DNA of 64,000 nt from the human T2T-CHM13v2.0 reference genome, Homo sapiens. Shown here piece by piece: positions 24,901-37,362 of this stretch (the stretch's first letter is position 1; each line of letters begins with the position of its first letter). The translations under genes were made by a program, and so were the position numbers. Below the pieces are notes generated by a model. The model was given only the letters and a program-made list of their open reading frames with translations. It was not told the origin of the DNA and did no database searches. Location of the stretch: the NCBI RefSeq assembly GCF_009914755.1, contig NC_060941.1; one strand, given 5' to 3'.

Positions 24901-25205
24901 GGGACGGGAGAGGCTCAGCATCCTGCACATGCCCTTACCAAGGCTCACCAGGCTGACACCACTGCTGAGCGCCTTGTCTGTGGAAAACAGATTCACACCC
25001 AACCCCTGGGATGGCACCATTTCCCAGAAGGACCAGCTGGCCACCTACTGGCAGGCTGACCACACTGCGGAAGGGGCTGAGATTGGCTTTCACTGCACTG
25101 AGCCACAACGTGGACATGCACTTGCCGGCCCTGCAGTGCACACAGCACTGCTTCCGACCAGGGCACCCCATTCACAGCTAGGGACAAGCAGCAGTACACT
25201 CCCGA
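18958..25205 (+). pseudogene. TBC1D3P7: Unprocessed TBC1D3/USP6-family (TBC Rab-GAP) pseudogene
   Basis: Exon remnants: 18958-19040 (GCPAGLPADMG..TDRLGIL); 21228-21322 ([31 protein letters not shown]); 21714-21779 (acceptor CGG and donor AT, both dead); 22160-22258 (ISLGLTLSLW..; 1-nt frameshift near 22208); 22632-22790 (..WARF..GDLPPP; donor GA); 23780 onward ([33 protein letters not shown]). Family is confident; the symbol is assigned from recalled locus position. Confidence 0.88.
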
Positions 25206-25593
25206 GGCCCCACAACCCAAACAAGCTTCCCATCCTCGTTTTACTTTTTTGTTAAACTTATGAAAATTTATGAAGAAAGTGCACAGCTCTAAAGACATTA
25301 ACAGATGGAACACATCAGCCCCCAGATCACAAAGCCAACCCAGCCTCTGCGCCCCCAGCCCTGCAACCAGTGTTCTGACTTCTGACAACACCATGAGCCT
25401 GCCTTTTGTACTTTACACTCATGGAAGGATAACCACGTCCATGTTTTAAAATAAATGTTTACTTTTGAAATGATTTTAGATATATAGAAAAACTGAAAAG
25501 GCATTATAGTGTACTCCGACACCTTCCGTCCAGCTGCCCCTAATAATGACATTTTGCATTACCATGGCACATTTGTCCAAATTAAGAAATTTA

Positions 25594-25912
<319 letters not shown>

Positions 25913-26129
25913 TTAAGGAATTTAACATGGGTGCAATCCTGTTAACTGAATAATAATGTTAACTATTATTTAAGGTTATTAATGCTGTCACTATATTAAT
26001 ATGGTGAAATTCATTCAGATTTCACCTGTTTTTGCTTAACTTCTGGTACCTGTCCCAGGATCCCACCTCGGACTCACCTTCTGTCTTTAGGTCATTCCTC
26101 CTTAGCTTCCTTCAGAGGTTGCAACCAAA

Positions 26130-26715
26130 CACACACCTTGGCTGAATGGTAGAGCTGATTGCTCCTGGGCTCCAAACCTCTGCAGCATGTTACCATACTG
26201 AGTACCATAGGTAGTGGTAACACAATGATGGCTATTTGTGTATCTAAACACAGAAAAGAATGATAAAAATACAGTATAAATGATAAAAAAAAAAAAAAAA
26301 TTGGTACACCTGGCCAGATGTAGTGGTTCATGCCTATAATCCCAGCACTTTGAGAGACCATGCCGGGAGGATCACTTGAGCCCAGAAGTTCTAGACTAGT
26401 CTGGGCAACATAAAAAGACCCCATCTCTTTTTAGATATCAATTTTTAGAGATGGTACACCTGTATAGGGCAGCTCCATTATAACCTTATGGGACCACCAT
26501 TCTATATGCATTCTGGCACGGACTGAAATGTTGCTATCTGACACATGATTGCATAGGTAAGTAATCTAGAGATGATTTAAAGCATATGGGAAGATGTGCT
26601 TAGGTTATATGCAAATACTGTACCATTTTATATCAAGACTGGAGCATCTGTGGATTTTGGTATTTGTGGGAGGTGGTGAAACTGATTCCCGACGTACGCA
26701 GAGAGACAACTGTAA
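26130..26715. mobile_element. Tigger3-like element (with FLAM insertion) followed by a MER2-like element
   Basis: Tigger3-type ..gctcctgggctccaaacc..cagcatgttac..; Alu monomer at ~26312-26450 flanked by the TSD tggtacacctg; MER2-type taatctagagatgatttaaag..gacaactgta. Confidence 0.7.
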
Positions 26716-29700
26716 ACATTTCGGACCCCACAGAAGGCTCAATTGCCTGCCCCCTCACCCTCAGGTAAGCTTTCTAAAGTGTTTGTTTCACTTTACCTGC
26801 TCATCCGTGAGCCAGAGGGCTCCATCAACAGCTTGGGCTGTCTCAGAAAGACCTGGATTCAATCCCATTCAGCCACTTAGTAGCTGTGTCACTTTGGGCA
26901 AATCATGTAACTTCTCTGAACCTCAGTGTCCTCATCTGTAAATTGGGCCGATGGTGACCCTTACTTTGCAGGCCCCCGTGAGGACTAAGTGAGATGAAAG
27001 CTGACACCCCAAGTGACACCACTTCTCCCTTCCTCAGACTCAACAGGAAAACGCCTTCACTGCCCAATGCAAAGGCTATGGGGAGGATGAGAGGCTCCAG
27101 GGATCCCCTGTCCCAGGAGCATAAACCCTGGATTTTTGCTTCCAGAAATAACCTTCTCTAGGATCAGGATGGTTCTTAACTCCCCAAAGACTGTGAGCCC
27201 ACCCTAGGCGGCATCTTCAGCAGTGGGGAAGGGGATGCACAGTGCCAGCCTCACCCTGGCCACTGTCTGCCCTCATGACTCAGAGCCCAGCTAGGTCCCC
27301 ACGCAGAGCAGTGCAGGAACCTACCTTGGTCCCAGGCTCCAGCCATCCCGGCCACCCCCACCTGCCACCACCCTGTCTCCTCCATCCCTCAGCCCCTGCT
27401 TGCCTCGTTCACAGCTCAGTGTCCTGACATCTTAGCTCCTTGCATGTCACCGTCGTCTGTCTCCTCAAGGGGAGTGCAGCACAAGGGCAGGAAACTCGGT
27501 CAGTCTGTGGATGTGTCTCTGGTGTCAGGCAGAGATTAAAAGCTCCATATATACTTGCCCAGTGTCTGCGTGCATTCCAAAGCAAGAGACAGCTTTGGAA
27601 ATGAGAAGAGACCCTCCTGAGGTGAGAGTCCTTAGTTGGCATTTCCCAAGTATTCTCGGCATGCCAGGCACTGAGCTGGACCCATGGACATGTGAGCTCT
27701 GGACCCTGTGGGGTGCTGTCACTCATGTACAGGTGGGTCCGCCTGGACCTGGTGCAGTCACATAGCTCCCTGATAGCTAAGCTGAAATTGGAACCCGTTC
27801 AGTTTGGCTCTTGCTCTGCTCAATGGCTCCCCAGCTGCTCCAAGGGAGAGCTGAAGCCTTGCAGTGGCCTCAGGTCATTGAACCTGGGCCTTCTCTCCCT
27901 GAGCTATCTCCTGCTCTCCCCTAGCTCACACCAGGCCAGATGCAGGCTTCCCCTCTGGGCCTCAGGCATGCCAATCATGCTCCTGCCTCAGGGCCTTTGC
28001 ACAAGCCATTCCCGCTGCCTGGAATGCTCTCTGCCTAGAAAACTGCTTGGCTGACCCATCACCTCCTACAAACCTTGCTCAAACCTTGCTTCATCAATGA
28101 GGACAACCCTGGCCATGCATCTAGAAGGGGCCCAGCACAGGGTATGTGCTCAATACACAGATGAAGAAAGAAGGGATGGAGAAGAGGGAGGTGGAGGAAG
28201 GGCAGAATGCCCATGGCCATTTTTATTCCAGTGATAACAGGTAGCAATGAATACCTAAGGGCAACGCGGATGGGGCAAAATGAAAGATCACAAAAGGCCA
28301 ACATGAGCAGGTTGGGAGAGTGCAGCTCTACTCATCTGCCCTGATGCAGATTTGGGGACTCCAGATGTGTCACCTCTGGGCAGCCCCTTCTCGGCCCCCT
28401 CCCCACTGAGCTCTTCTTCCACCTCCAAGCCTGGCCCATCCTCCAGGGATCCAGGACAATATAGGAGACAGCTGTTTATCTCCCAGAACACTGGGAAAGG
28501 CTGTGGGTGGGTAAGATGCTCAGCGGCCCTTGAAACTCATCTCAGTTTTGCTCCAAATGTGCAGCCCTGCCACTCCTGTGAACAGGAAGAGCACTGGAAT
28601 GAGAATCAAGACACTGGGCCCTATTCCTCTTGACATCTGAATATCTTCCCCATCCCAGCATTTCCCAGGGGCCTGGGAGAGGGACAGTTGTCTCATGTAT
28701 TGTCCTGCTTTGTCTGTGTATTGAGCACATACTCTGTGCTGGATGCCTTCTAGATGCGTGGCCGGGGTTGTAGTCCTCATTGACGAGGCAAGGTTCGAGC
28801 AATGTTTGCAGGAGGTGGTGGGTCACCCAAGCAGATATCTTGGCAGAGAGCATTCCAGGCAGTGGGAATGGCTCATGCAAAGGCCCTGAGGCAGGAGCAT
28901 GACCGGCATGCCTGAGGCCCAGAGGGGAAGCCTGCATCTGTCCTGGTGTGAGCAGAGGCAAGCAGCAGAGAGCTCAGGGACAGAAGTCCCAGGTTCAATG
29001 GCTGAGGCTGTTGCAAGGCTCTAGCTGTCACTCAGAGCAGCCAGGGAGCCAGCAGAGGGTCCTAGCCAGAAGTGGGTTCAGCTGCGGCTCAGGTGTTAAC
29101 AGGCCACACCACACCAGCAGGGAGGAGAGGGGGGCCAGCTGGCTGGTCCAGGTAAGTAATGAAGGGTGCTCAAACTAGGTGGGAGAAGGCAGATGGTGAG
29201 TAGAGTCACCTCAGGATCATTGTGAGGATGTCACCTACATGATTTGCTCATGGACTTAATGGGGATGGGGTCTGGAGGGAAAAGGAGAGACCAGTCCACA
29301 GGCCCCATGAGCCATATAGAAGCCAGACTGAATGGGTTTTAATTTCAACTCAGCTAGCAGGGAGCTATGTGACTGCACAGGAGCCGATGCAAACTGGACA
29401 GACAGGGACATCCTCCCTGGACTACTGTCCCACTCATCCATCCATTCATCCATTGGCCCACCTCTAGTACTGTCCCAACTACAGCCCTAGCAAGCGGAGA
29501 CAACAAAAAGACCAGTTTTCCAGCTTTGTGGTCTTGGAAGAAGTTGCTACCAGTATGAGGAGAGACAATCAGTTTCCTCCAGGATCCAGAGAGCATATCA
29601 GCCAGCCTGAGGGTCAGGAAAGGAGGTCGGCCTCTCCACCAGCTAGACAGGCCTGCAGTAGGATGGGGCTGGGGCTGGCCATGCAGATCACTTGGGCCTC

Positions 29701-29786
29701 ATGAGGGGAAAAGAAAGACCAGGGGGCAGAGGAGGAGCATGGGGGCAGCTGGTGGCCTCAGAAGAAGGCACCTCAGAGAAGGGGTC

Positions 29787-30137
29787 TGTCTTAGTTTGTT
29801 TTGTTTTCACACTGCTATGAAGAAATACCTGAGACTGGGTAATTTATCAAGGAAAGAGGTTGAATTGACTCACAGTTCAGAAAGCTTGCAATCATGGTGG
29901 AAGGCGAAGGGGAAGCGGGCATCTTCTTCACAAGGCAGCAGGAGGGAGTGAGAAAACGAGGAAGTGCCATGCTTTAAAACCATCTGCTCTCCTGAGAACT
30001 CACTCACTATCAGGGGAACAGCATGGGGGAACCCAGCCCCCTATAATACAATCACCTCCCATGAGGTTCCTCCCTTGACACATGGGGATTACAGCTCAAA
30101 ATGAGATTTGGGTGGGGACACAGAGCCAAACCTATCA
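29787..30137. mobile_element. MSTA-like (MaLR) solo LTR
   Basis: tgtcttagt..gaaatacctgagactgggtaattt..gggtggggacacagagccaaacctatca. Confidence 0.85.
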
Positions 30138-31289
30138 GTGTCTCACGTCTTGCAGCTCCCCTGGGGCTAAAGCTGAATGCAGATCTGCTGACCCTGATCT
30201 ACAGCTTGCGGAAGCTCTGCCTGTGTGCCCCCATCTGCTGCTTCCTAGGGTTGGGGCCTGCTTCCTCAAAAGGAGAGTGGATCTGTTCTCCTGCCAGCCC
30301 CCCACAGGGCCTTGTGGAGCCCTGGCCATGTCCTCCCAAGGTGAGGTCATAAAACTGGGCTCCTTGCCCTTCTTGTTGCTTGGGTGACAAGCCTCGGGTC
30401 ATCCCTAGGTCCTGTCACTGCTCCTGCTTCTAAAAGGAGAGCATTTTGCCAAATCTTCCTGGGAGAGGCTGGGGGCTCATCCCTGTTATTTGTTCTAGCT
30501 TGGTAAAATGAGGTTAAGACATCTAGGCAAGCAGACAATAGAGGGGCACCCAGGAAGGGTGGGTGGCGGGTGCTGGCATTTGGGCTTGCCTGGACCTTGT
30601 GGGGAGGGGGAAAGGTTACCAGGAGGCAGCACTGTCAGTCAGGGCTAAAGTCAGGAAGTGGGGGGAGTGGGGGCAGAGTGTGGCTGGCTTGCGGGGGGGC
30701 ATAAGTGAGAGCCAAGATTTGTCAGCATGCAGTGGGTGTGGCTGACACCTGGCCTAGGGGCTGTGGAGCCCAGTGGTTGCTCTTAGTTCCTGGATCCAGG
30801 GAGATTTCTGGAGCCTGTGCCTGGGGCTTTCTAGGGGTGAAGATGGTGAGGGGCAGGGAAAGGGTGGCAGAGGAGGCCTTGCATGGCAGGGTGCAGGGCA
30901 GGATGCTGGGCAGGGACCAGATTGCAGTGGCTGCTCTCATCCCCACCACTACCCCTACCTCTACCCCAACCCTGGAGCAGGGTGGGGCCTTGGCAGGTGT
31001 CCTCTGTTTTGGCCTCGGCAGATCACAGGATGGAAGCCAGCAGTCCAATAGGCGTGCCACTCAAGCCAGCAGTGACCTGCAGCTTCTGCTTCCTGGAGAG
31101 TGGGGTGCCCACCCAAGAGAGCACAAGCACACCCCACACCCCTGACCTTGAGGGCACTGGGAGGTGGGGGCACTGTACTGGGACCAAGTCCCGGCAGCCT
31201 TGTGCGTGTGCCCTGGAAGGTAGCCTAGGAGTCCTGCGTGTGCCTCTCTGCACAGCAGGGAGGGGTGGGCAGGAGCCTGAACAGTGGCA

Positions 31290-31470
31290 GAGAGGGAGAG
31301 GAGGAGGGAGAGAGAAGTGGAGAAGGAGAGAGAAAGAGACATGGGAAGAAAGGAGTGAGAGAGAGAAAGAGAGATGGGGAGAGAGACAGAGACAGAGGAG
31401 GCTGAGAGGGAGTGTGGGGAGAGAGATAAGGAGAGAGACATAAAAGGTAGAGAGAGAGACAGGGAGAGAT
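31290..31470. repeat. GA-rich simple repeat
   Basis: (GA)/(GAGACA)-rich run. Confidence 0.85.
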
Positions 31471-32239
31471 GCGCATGAGCAGAGGTCAGGTCACTCTTGA
31501 TCTTAGTTCCCAGTGCAAACTGTAGGTCACCATCACCTGCCCACACATGCACTAAAGAGCTCTGTGCCTGCTGCCCACAGCCCCTGAGAACTCCTTCTCT
31601 TGAAGAATAAAACTTTTGATGGCTGCCATTCCTCACTGGATTTTGGTTGTGTCTTTGATGAACCATGATGTCCCACCTTCCCGGGCTCAAGTCTCCACCA
31701 AAAGCTGATGCCTCTTTTTGGGAGGCTCTGCAGTGCCTTCATCTCACTAGGCTCCCCAGGAAGCTTGTGAGCTTGGGTTGGACCCTAAGCAGTCAGATAC
31801 ATGCTGGGGCTCTGCTTGTCTCTTTCACTAACAGGGAAAGCCAAGAAAGAGATTGAAGCATGGTCTGCAGAGAAGGCACTTGTGCAAACACCAGGAGAAC
31901 AAGAAGCCTGAGTTGTCTTCATTTCTCTTAAAAACACTCATTCCCTCCCATGCCACCTTAGTGAGGGCATGAAGCACAGCATGTGTGTGTATGTGTGCAG
32001 GTATGTGCACATGTATGTATGTGCATGTGTGTGTGTGTTGCAGGGGTGTGCTGTGGACAGGAGGTCCAGGGGGCAGCTCCAACTCAAAGCTGCAAGTCTC
32101 TGTGATAGAATGGTCAAGATTCACTGGACCACAGCAAGAGAGTGTTTTCATGTGCATCCAGTTTTATTAGCATTTAAACCCATATTTTTAGTACCCTGTA
32201 AACCTTAAGTTGCTTATCTATTCTTAGAAGCATTTACAC

Positions 32240-32525
32240 CAGTGGTCCCCAGCCTTTTTGGTACCAGAGACCAGTTTCATGGAAAACAACTTTCCCATGG
32301 GCCGAGGAGAGGGAAAGTTATGATTTGGGGCTGATTCAAGCCCATTACATTTATTGTGCACTTTATTTCTACTATTAATATATTGTAATATACAATGAAA
32401 AAATTACACAACTAACCATAATGTAGGATCAGTGGGAGCCTTGAGTTTGTTTTCCTGCAACTACATGATCCCATCTGGGGGTGATGGGAGACAGTGACAG
32501 ATCATAAGGCATTAGATTCTCATGG
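32240..32525. mobile_element. MER1 (hAT-Charlie) element
   Basis: cagtggtccccagcctttttggtaccag..catttattgtgcactttatt..gatgggagacagtgacagatc. Confidence 0.8.
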
Positions 32526-33339
32526 GAAACTCTGAAGTTTCCCATCAGCAAGAAGCTAGGAGTAGAGAAGCAAGAGACCCTCTTCCCTCTCTCCTTTCTT
32601 GAAGGAGAGAGGAAAGAAGCCCCCTCAGCTAGCCCTGAAGGCAAACGTATGCAATGCTTTAGAGTTACTAACGTCAGAGTGGTGTAAGGACTGGAAAAGA
32701 TGGTCCATGTTGAATCCACACTCCCTCCCATTCCCAGTCTCCTATTTCCAGGAAAAGCTGTCCAGGCCCTTCCCAGGCCTGCGTTTTGTTTGGGGCACAT
32801 ATGCCACCATAAACTCCATCACCTGCCATCTTGGAACTCTCTCTCCACAAATCCCTTTTTTCTTTCTACTTTTATTTGCAAAATTTCTGACAAAGAAAAT
32901 ATCATTGGAAGATATTCTCAGTAAAAATCAGGGATGTGTATTTGAAAGAGAAAACTGCATCCTGGGCAACAAAATGTCCTGAGACAATGAATCGGCTAGA
33001 CAGATATCTTAGAGAAACGAACCAACCCAAATGTGGTCCTCATTGGCAACATACACATATTTTATTGATGCTTCTATGGTTAATAGCATTGCCATGCTCC
33101 TCTTGACACATGGTGCTTCCCAGTCCATCATAGAGGGGCTCATTGTTTAAATACTCATTGTTTAAACCTTGTATAGTGTTTCCAGGAGAGCTTTAAATTA
33201 TTGTAAAAAAGCAGCTAGATTTTTTATAAAGTGACCTTTGACTCGCTTAACCTTATCCTTATCATAGTAAGTATGAAAATTACAGTACCTTTATACAAAT
33301 ACCTTATTGGAGGGGTCTGAACAAATGTCATTGCCATCA

Positions 33340-34350
33340 CTTAGATTTGTGTATACATTTACAAAACCATAAAATGCCAGAAGGACATACATTTAATATA
33401 CATTAATGCATACATTTCATATGTATGTCCTTCTAGCATTTTATGGTTTTTTAAATGTATATACAAGTCTAAGATTTTTTTAAATACAAACATAAACATG
33501 AACTGGCATTTTTCAATCAACTTCTTTAATTGGATATACAATTTGTGTGAGTTTGATAGAACTCGTTGGTCCAACCAAAGAAGTTCACTATTTTACTAGG
33601 TCTTCACTTGTTATCAGTCACAGCTTAACCTAATGATCATTAATGGGAAAAAAGAAAAAAATTAACCACTTTGTGCCTGGGACTGTGGTGTCCTGGGTCA
33701 AACACAAGATATTACAGGTTACTCAGCCTATTCTAAGCGTCATAAGTTTCCACCAGATAAACAGCAATGCCATGAAGACTTCAAGGATTAACACCCAGGA
33801 TTACCACAATTATTAGTGGCTGAAATAAAGAGATTAGCCTTTGCTTTTCCATCCAATTCTTTTGTATTTTGTTTTCTTTTAATAGCAATAAAATACTTTA
33901 AAACAAACATCTAGTCAAAAAAAAAAAAGAACAGAGAAAATATATTTTACAACTTGTGCTTTCCTACCCAGAATCTGTGGCTGTTAATATTTTTTCATAT
34001 TTGCTCTAAGTGGGTTTAAAATTAAGAAATACAGCATTGAGAACTTCTTTGACTTCCATATCCATTCTTATTCCAATCTCTTCTTCTCAGAGACAAACAC
34101 AATTATACATTTGATATGTATGTCCTTCTAGCATTTTATGGTTTTATAAATGTATTACAAGTCTAAGTTCTTTAAAAATATAAACATAAACATGAACTGG
34201 TATTTTTCAATCAACTCCTCTAATTGGATGTACAATTAGTGTGAATTTGAGAGAACTTGTTAGTCCAAACAAGAAGTTCACTTTTTCACCAGGTCTTTAC
34301 TTGTGATCAGTCACAGCTTAACCTAATGATCACTAAAGGGAAAAGAAAAA
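33340..34350. repeat. Local direct duplication (33411-33659 / 34106-34350) with a fold-back inverted repeat (33340-33392 / 33421-33473)
   Basis: Direct base-by-base comparison of the copies. Confidence 0.9.
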
Positions 34351-37300
34351 GAAAAAGTTTAGAAACATCCTGACTCTCTCAATTAGAATTCAAAACTTTC
34401 TAGAATGGATGCCTCACATTGTTACATTTGACCACCTTTGATTCAACAGCCCCTGAGCTTTATGTCTAGCAAGAGATGCCTAGAGCTCTATGGAAAAAAG
34501 GGGCAGCAGACCAGACCAAAACTTTGCAGTCTCAGCATATCACGGAGACACAGGGACGTGAGCATGTCAGGTAACTTTCTGGGTTTACACTTAAGCACCT
34601 CTGAGAACTGGAAAAACCCTTGGCACAAATTCAATCTTTGTGTGGGCAAACCACTTTAGTTCTTAGTTTCTGTTTACTGTTGGGCTTGGTTCAAATGTTG
34701 CATTCTGTACCCCTGTTCTTGCCACCAAAGTTCTTTCACCATGAAGTTGCACGTCTAATCCTATGAGTGTCATGGTTGTTAATCTAAGAATAACATACTG
34801 CCTTCAAAGAACAGCGTCAAGTTTGAGAAAAGGAAGAATTACTCCCTTCTCATTAGAAAAAAGACAATCATGTACCCACATGTTTCCTGCTCTTCTCAGT
34901 TGCCTAAGTGCGTCTTCTGTTGATAAACAAAAACATTTTTTGCTGCATAGTATTGCTCAAGCAACCCCTCTATGCCTCATTTCCTCATCTGCCCTAAATA
35001 GGTTATGCATTTCAGGCAGGCAGATTATTAATTATTTGTTGAGCACTTATTGTGTGCCTACTTTACGTCTGCCATAAAAGTACCACAAGGATCAGTTTAA
35101 AAAATGAGAGAATTCCTCAAAATTATTTAAACTGTCTGACTCAAGCTCTAATCTAGCAGGGACAATGGCCAGATGGAGTCCAGGGATGAAGTTTTGAGCT
35201 GGCTGCATGGGTTGTTCCAAGGCAGCAATATGCAGGTATGAGCTGTGCCAGGCACAAGAGCACCCAGCTGCAGGGTGGGATGGAGACGAGCTTATGTGCT
35301 GCTTGCCAAATCAGGCACCTACAGGCTGCATCCACCCAGAGAGAGAGCCTTTCTCTAAACCATTAATGGTGCACAGGGGTTATTGCAGACCTGGCTGAGA
35401 GGCCAAGAGCAGAAAAAGCTAGAGAGAATGGGGGCATATATCAGGAGGCATCAAAGGCCAGAATTAGGAAAAGCTAGAGAGAATAGGGGCAAATAATGCC
35501 CTGGAGGCACCCAAGGCCAGAACCAGAAAAGCTGGATCTACCATTAAATCCAAGGGGTGAACATGGGGTTAGAAATGGAGACAAAGGCAAGGTAGTGACA
35601 GAAACAGGGCCACAAAAAACGACCAAGCAAAAAAACTGACAATTCACTAAATGCCTAAGACAACTGCAATAGACATTTTGTTTTTTTCTTCTTCTCCTCC
35701 TTTCTTCCTCCCTGCCTTTCTTCCTTCCTTCCTCACTCATTCTCTCTCCTTCCCCCTCGTCCTCCTCTTCTTCTCCTTCCTCTTTCTGTTTTAGTAACAA
35801 TCTCAGAGCACAAGTGTAAACCTTCAGTTAAACAGACAGCAGTGAGGCAGACATCTGCTTTTCTAAAATCCTTGACATCCAAATGTGAAACAGAGCTCAC
35901 TAAAGCTCAGTTGCAAAATTCTAGATGCTCCTCTCTCCATCTCTAACCCATGGAATATTTTCCCTCTTATAGCCCCTTGAAGTGTCTATGCACTTCAGTT
36001 CATAAAATGCTGCCGTGGGGAACCAATCTAATTAAGCACTTACCAAGAAAGCATTCAAACTCTCTCATCTATGTCCTTTCCCTGCCCCCAGAGTGCACCC
36101 TTCTTAGAGGCATGTCCCTCTGTGCTGGTCATACCTGTGCATTACCATGCATGGCCTGCAGTCACTTCCCGCAGTGACCCTCCCACGTGTCCCCCTGGCT
36201 CTTTGACAATGGACCACACACCCTCTGCTCTCAGGGTCTTGGTAACCCTCATGTTTCACAGCAGCCAGCAGTCAGTCAGCCTCCACAACCAACCAAGATG
36301 AAGTCAGCATGTGCAGGTCTGAAATAATTATTAACAGGAAATACAAACACGTTAAATTTTACCCAGGCCTTTAATGATACACTTAATTGTTGGTTTCCTG
36401 TGTAGAAAATAGGCATAAGTGGAAACCAGTTCCCATAAAGTGACTAAAATTCCTATGACTTTGACACCACCAGCTCTGTGCTTTACTTTTATCTTTCCAT
36501 TTGAAAATTCTGATTGTTATAATCAGCAAAAATACCACCAGTTTCATAATCATAATTAGCCATCTTCCTCCTAACACAGCACGCACACACACCTGCACTC
36601 ACACACACAAGCATAGGTGCACAGACCCACACAGATGCATGCAGGCACATCTGAATTCATTTCTCTCTGATTCTCAGCCCTCGAGCTCAGATTCTTCAGT
36701 TTCTTGTCCCATCTGGCCTGTCTTCTACAACCCTCAATTTGAGAGAACCTGAAACTAGATTCTCACCTGGTTACTGAAGGACTCAAATGAGCAAAACCTT
36801 TTATTCTCAAGGCTGTGGAGACCCTGTGATGAGCAATAGGAAAGGGGTCAGAATGCAGGGCTGCTAAGGAAGTGAATAGGAACTCCATTTACTGGACACT
36901 TATGATGTATCTGGTTGGGTTGAGCATCTTTGCAACATAATCTGATTCTACCTTTATTTAAAAAAAAGTGAGGTGGTTATTAGTCTCCCATTTTCAGTTT
37001 AAGAAACCGTGGCTTAAAAAGCATAGTAACACAATGCAGGCTGAGATACAGATAGAGGTTACAAGACTGAAACCAGATTGAAAACTAAAGCAGTCACTTT
37101 CAAATGCATGATTTTTCTGAGGTTTGGTTTCTAGCCTTTCTTTTTTCACCTTTTAACCACTTTTAAAACTTTAAACACATTCACTCCCATGTGCCACACC
37201 CAAGCTTTAGCTCGTCGGGATCCCCCACAGCTTCATTTGTGCCGCTGCAGGAAGTCATCTTGTGTAGATGCCATCACATCCAGGCCGCAGCTGAGCAAGT

Positions 37301-37362
37301 GTTTGAATTTTTTGTAAATACATCTTTGACTGGGGAGGCTGTAAATCCTCCCTAGGCTTTAC

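Noticed and set aside
18600-25300. Dense cluster of 60-250 aa ORFs on both strands as novel genes
   Set aside because: Expected in GC-rich DNA; the only recognisable peptides are disabled TBC1D3-family exons.
35153-35335. Cys-containing minus-strand ORF and an LPWNNPCS string resembling a hair-keratin tail
   Set aside because: Too short, with no splice acceptor at the right position and no neighbouring keratin exons.
37255-37340. YLQKIQTL resembling keratin coil 1A (YLEKVRQL)
   Set aside because: No LNDRLA motif or further homology; consistent with chance.
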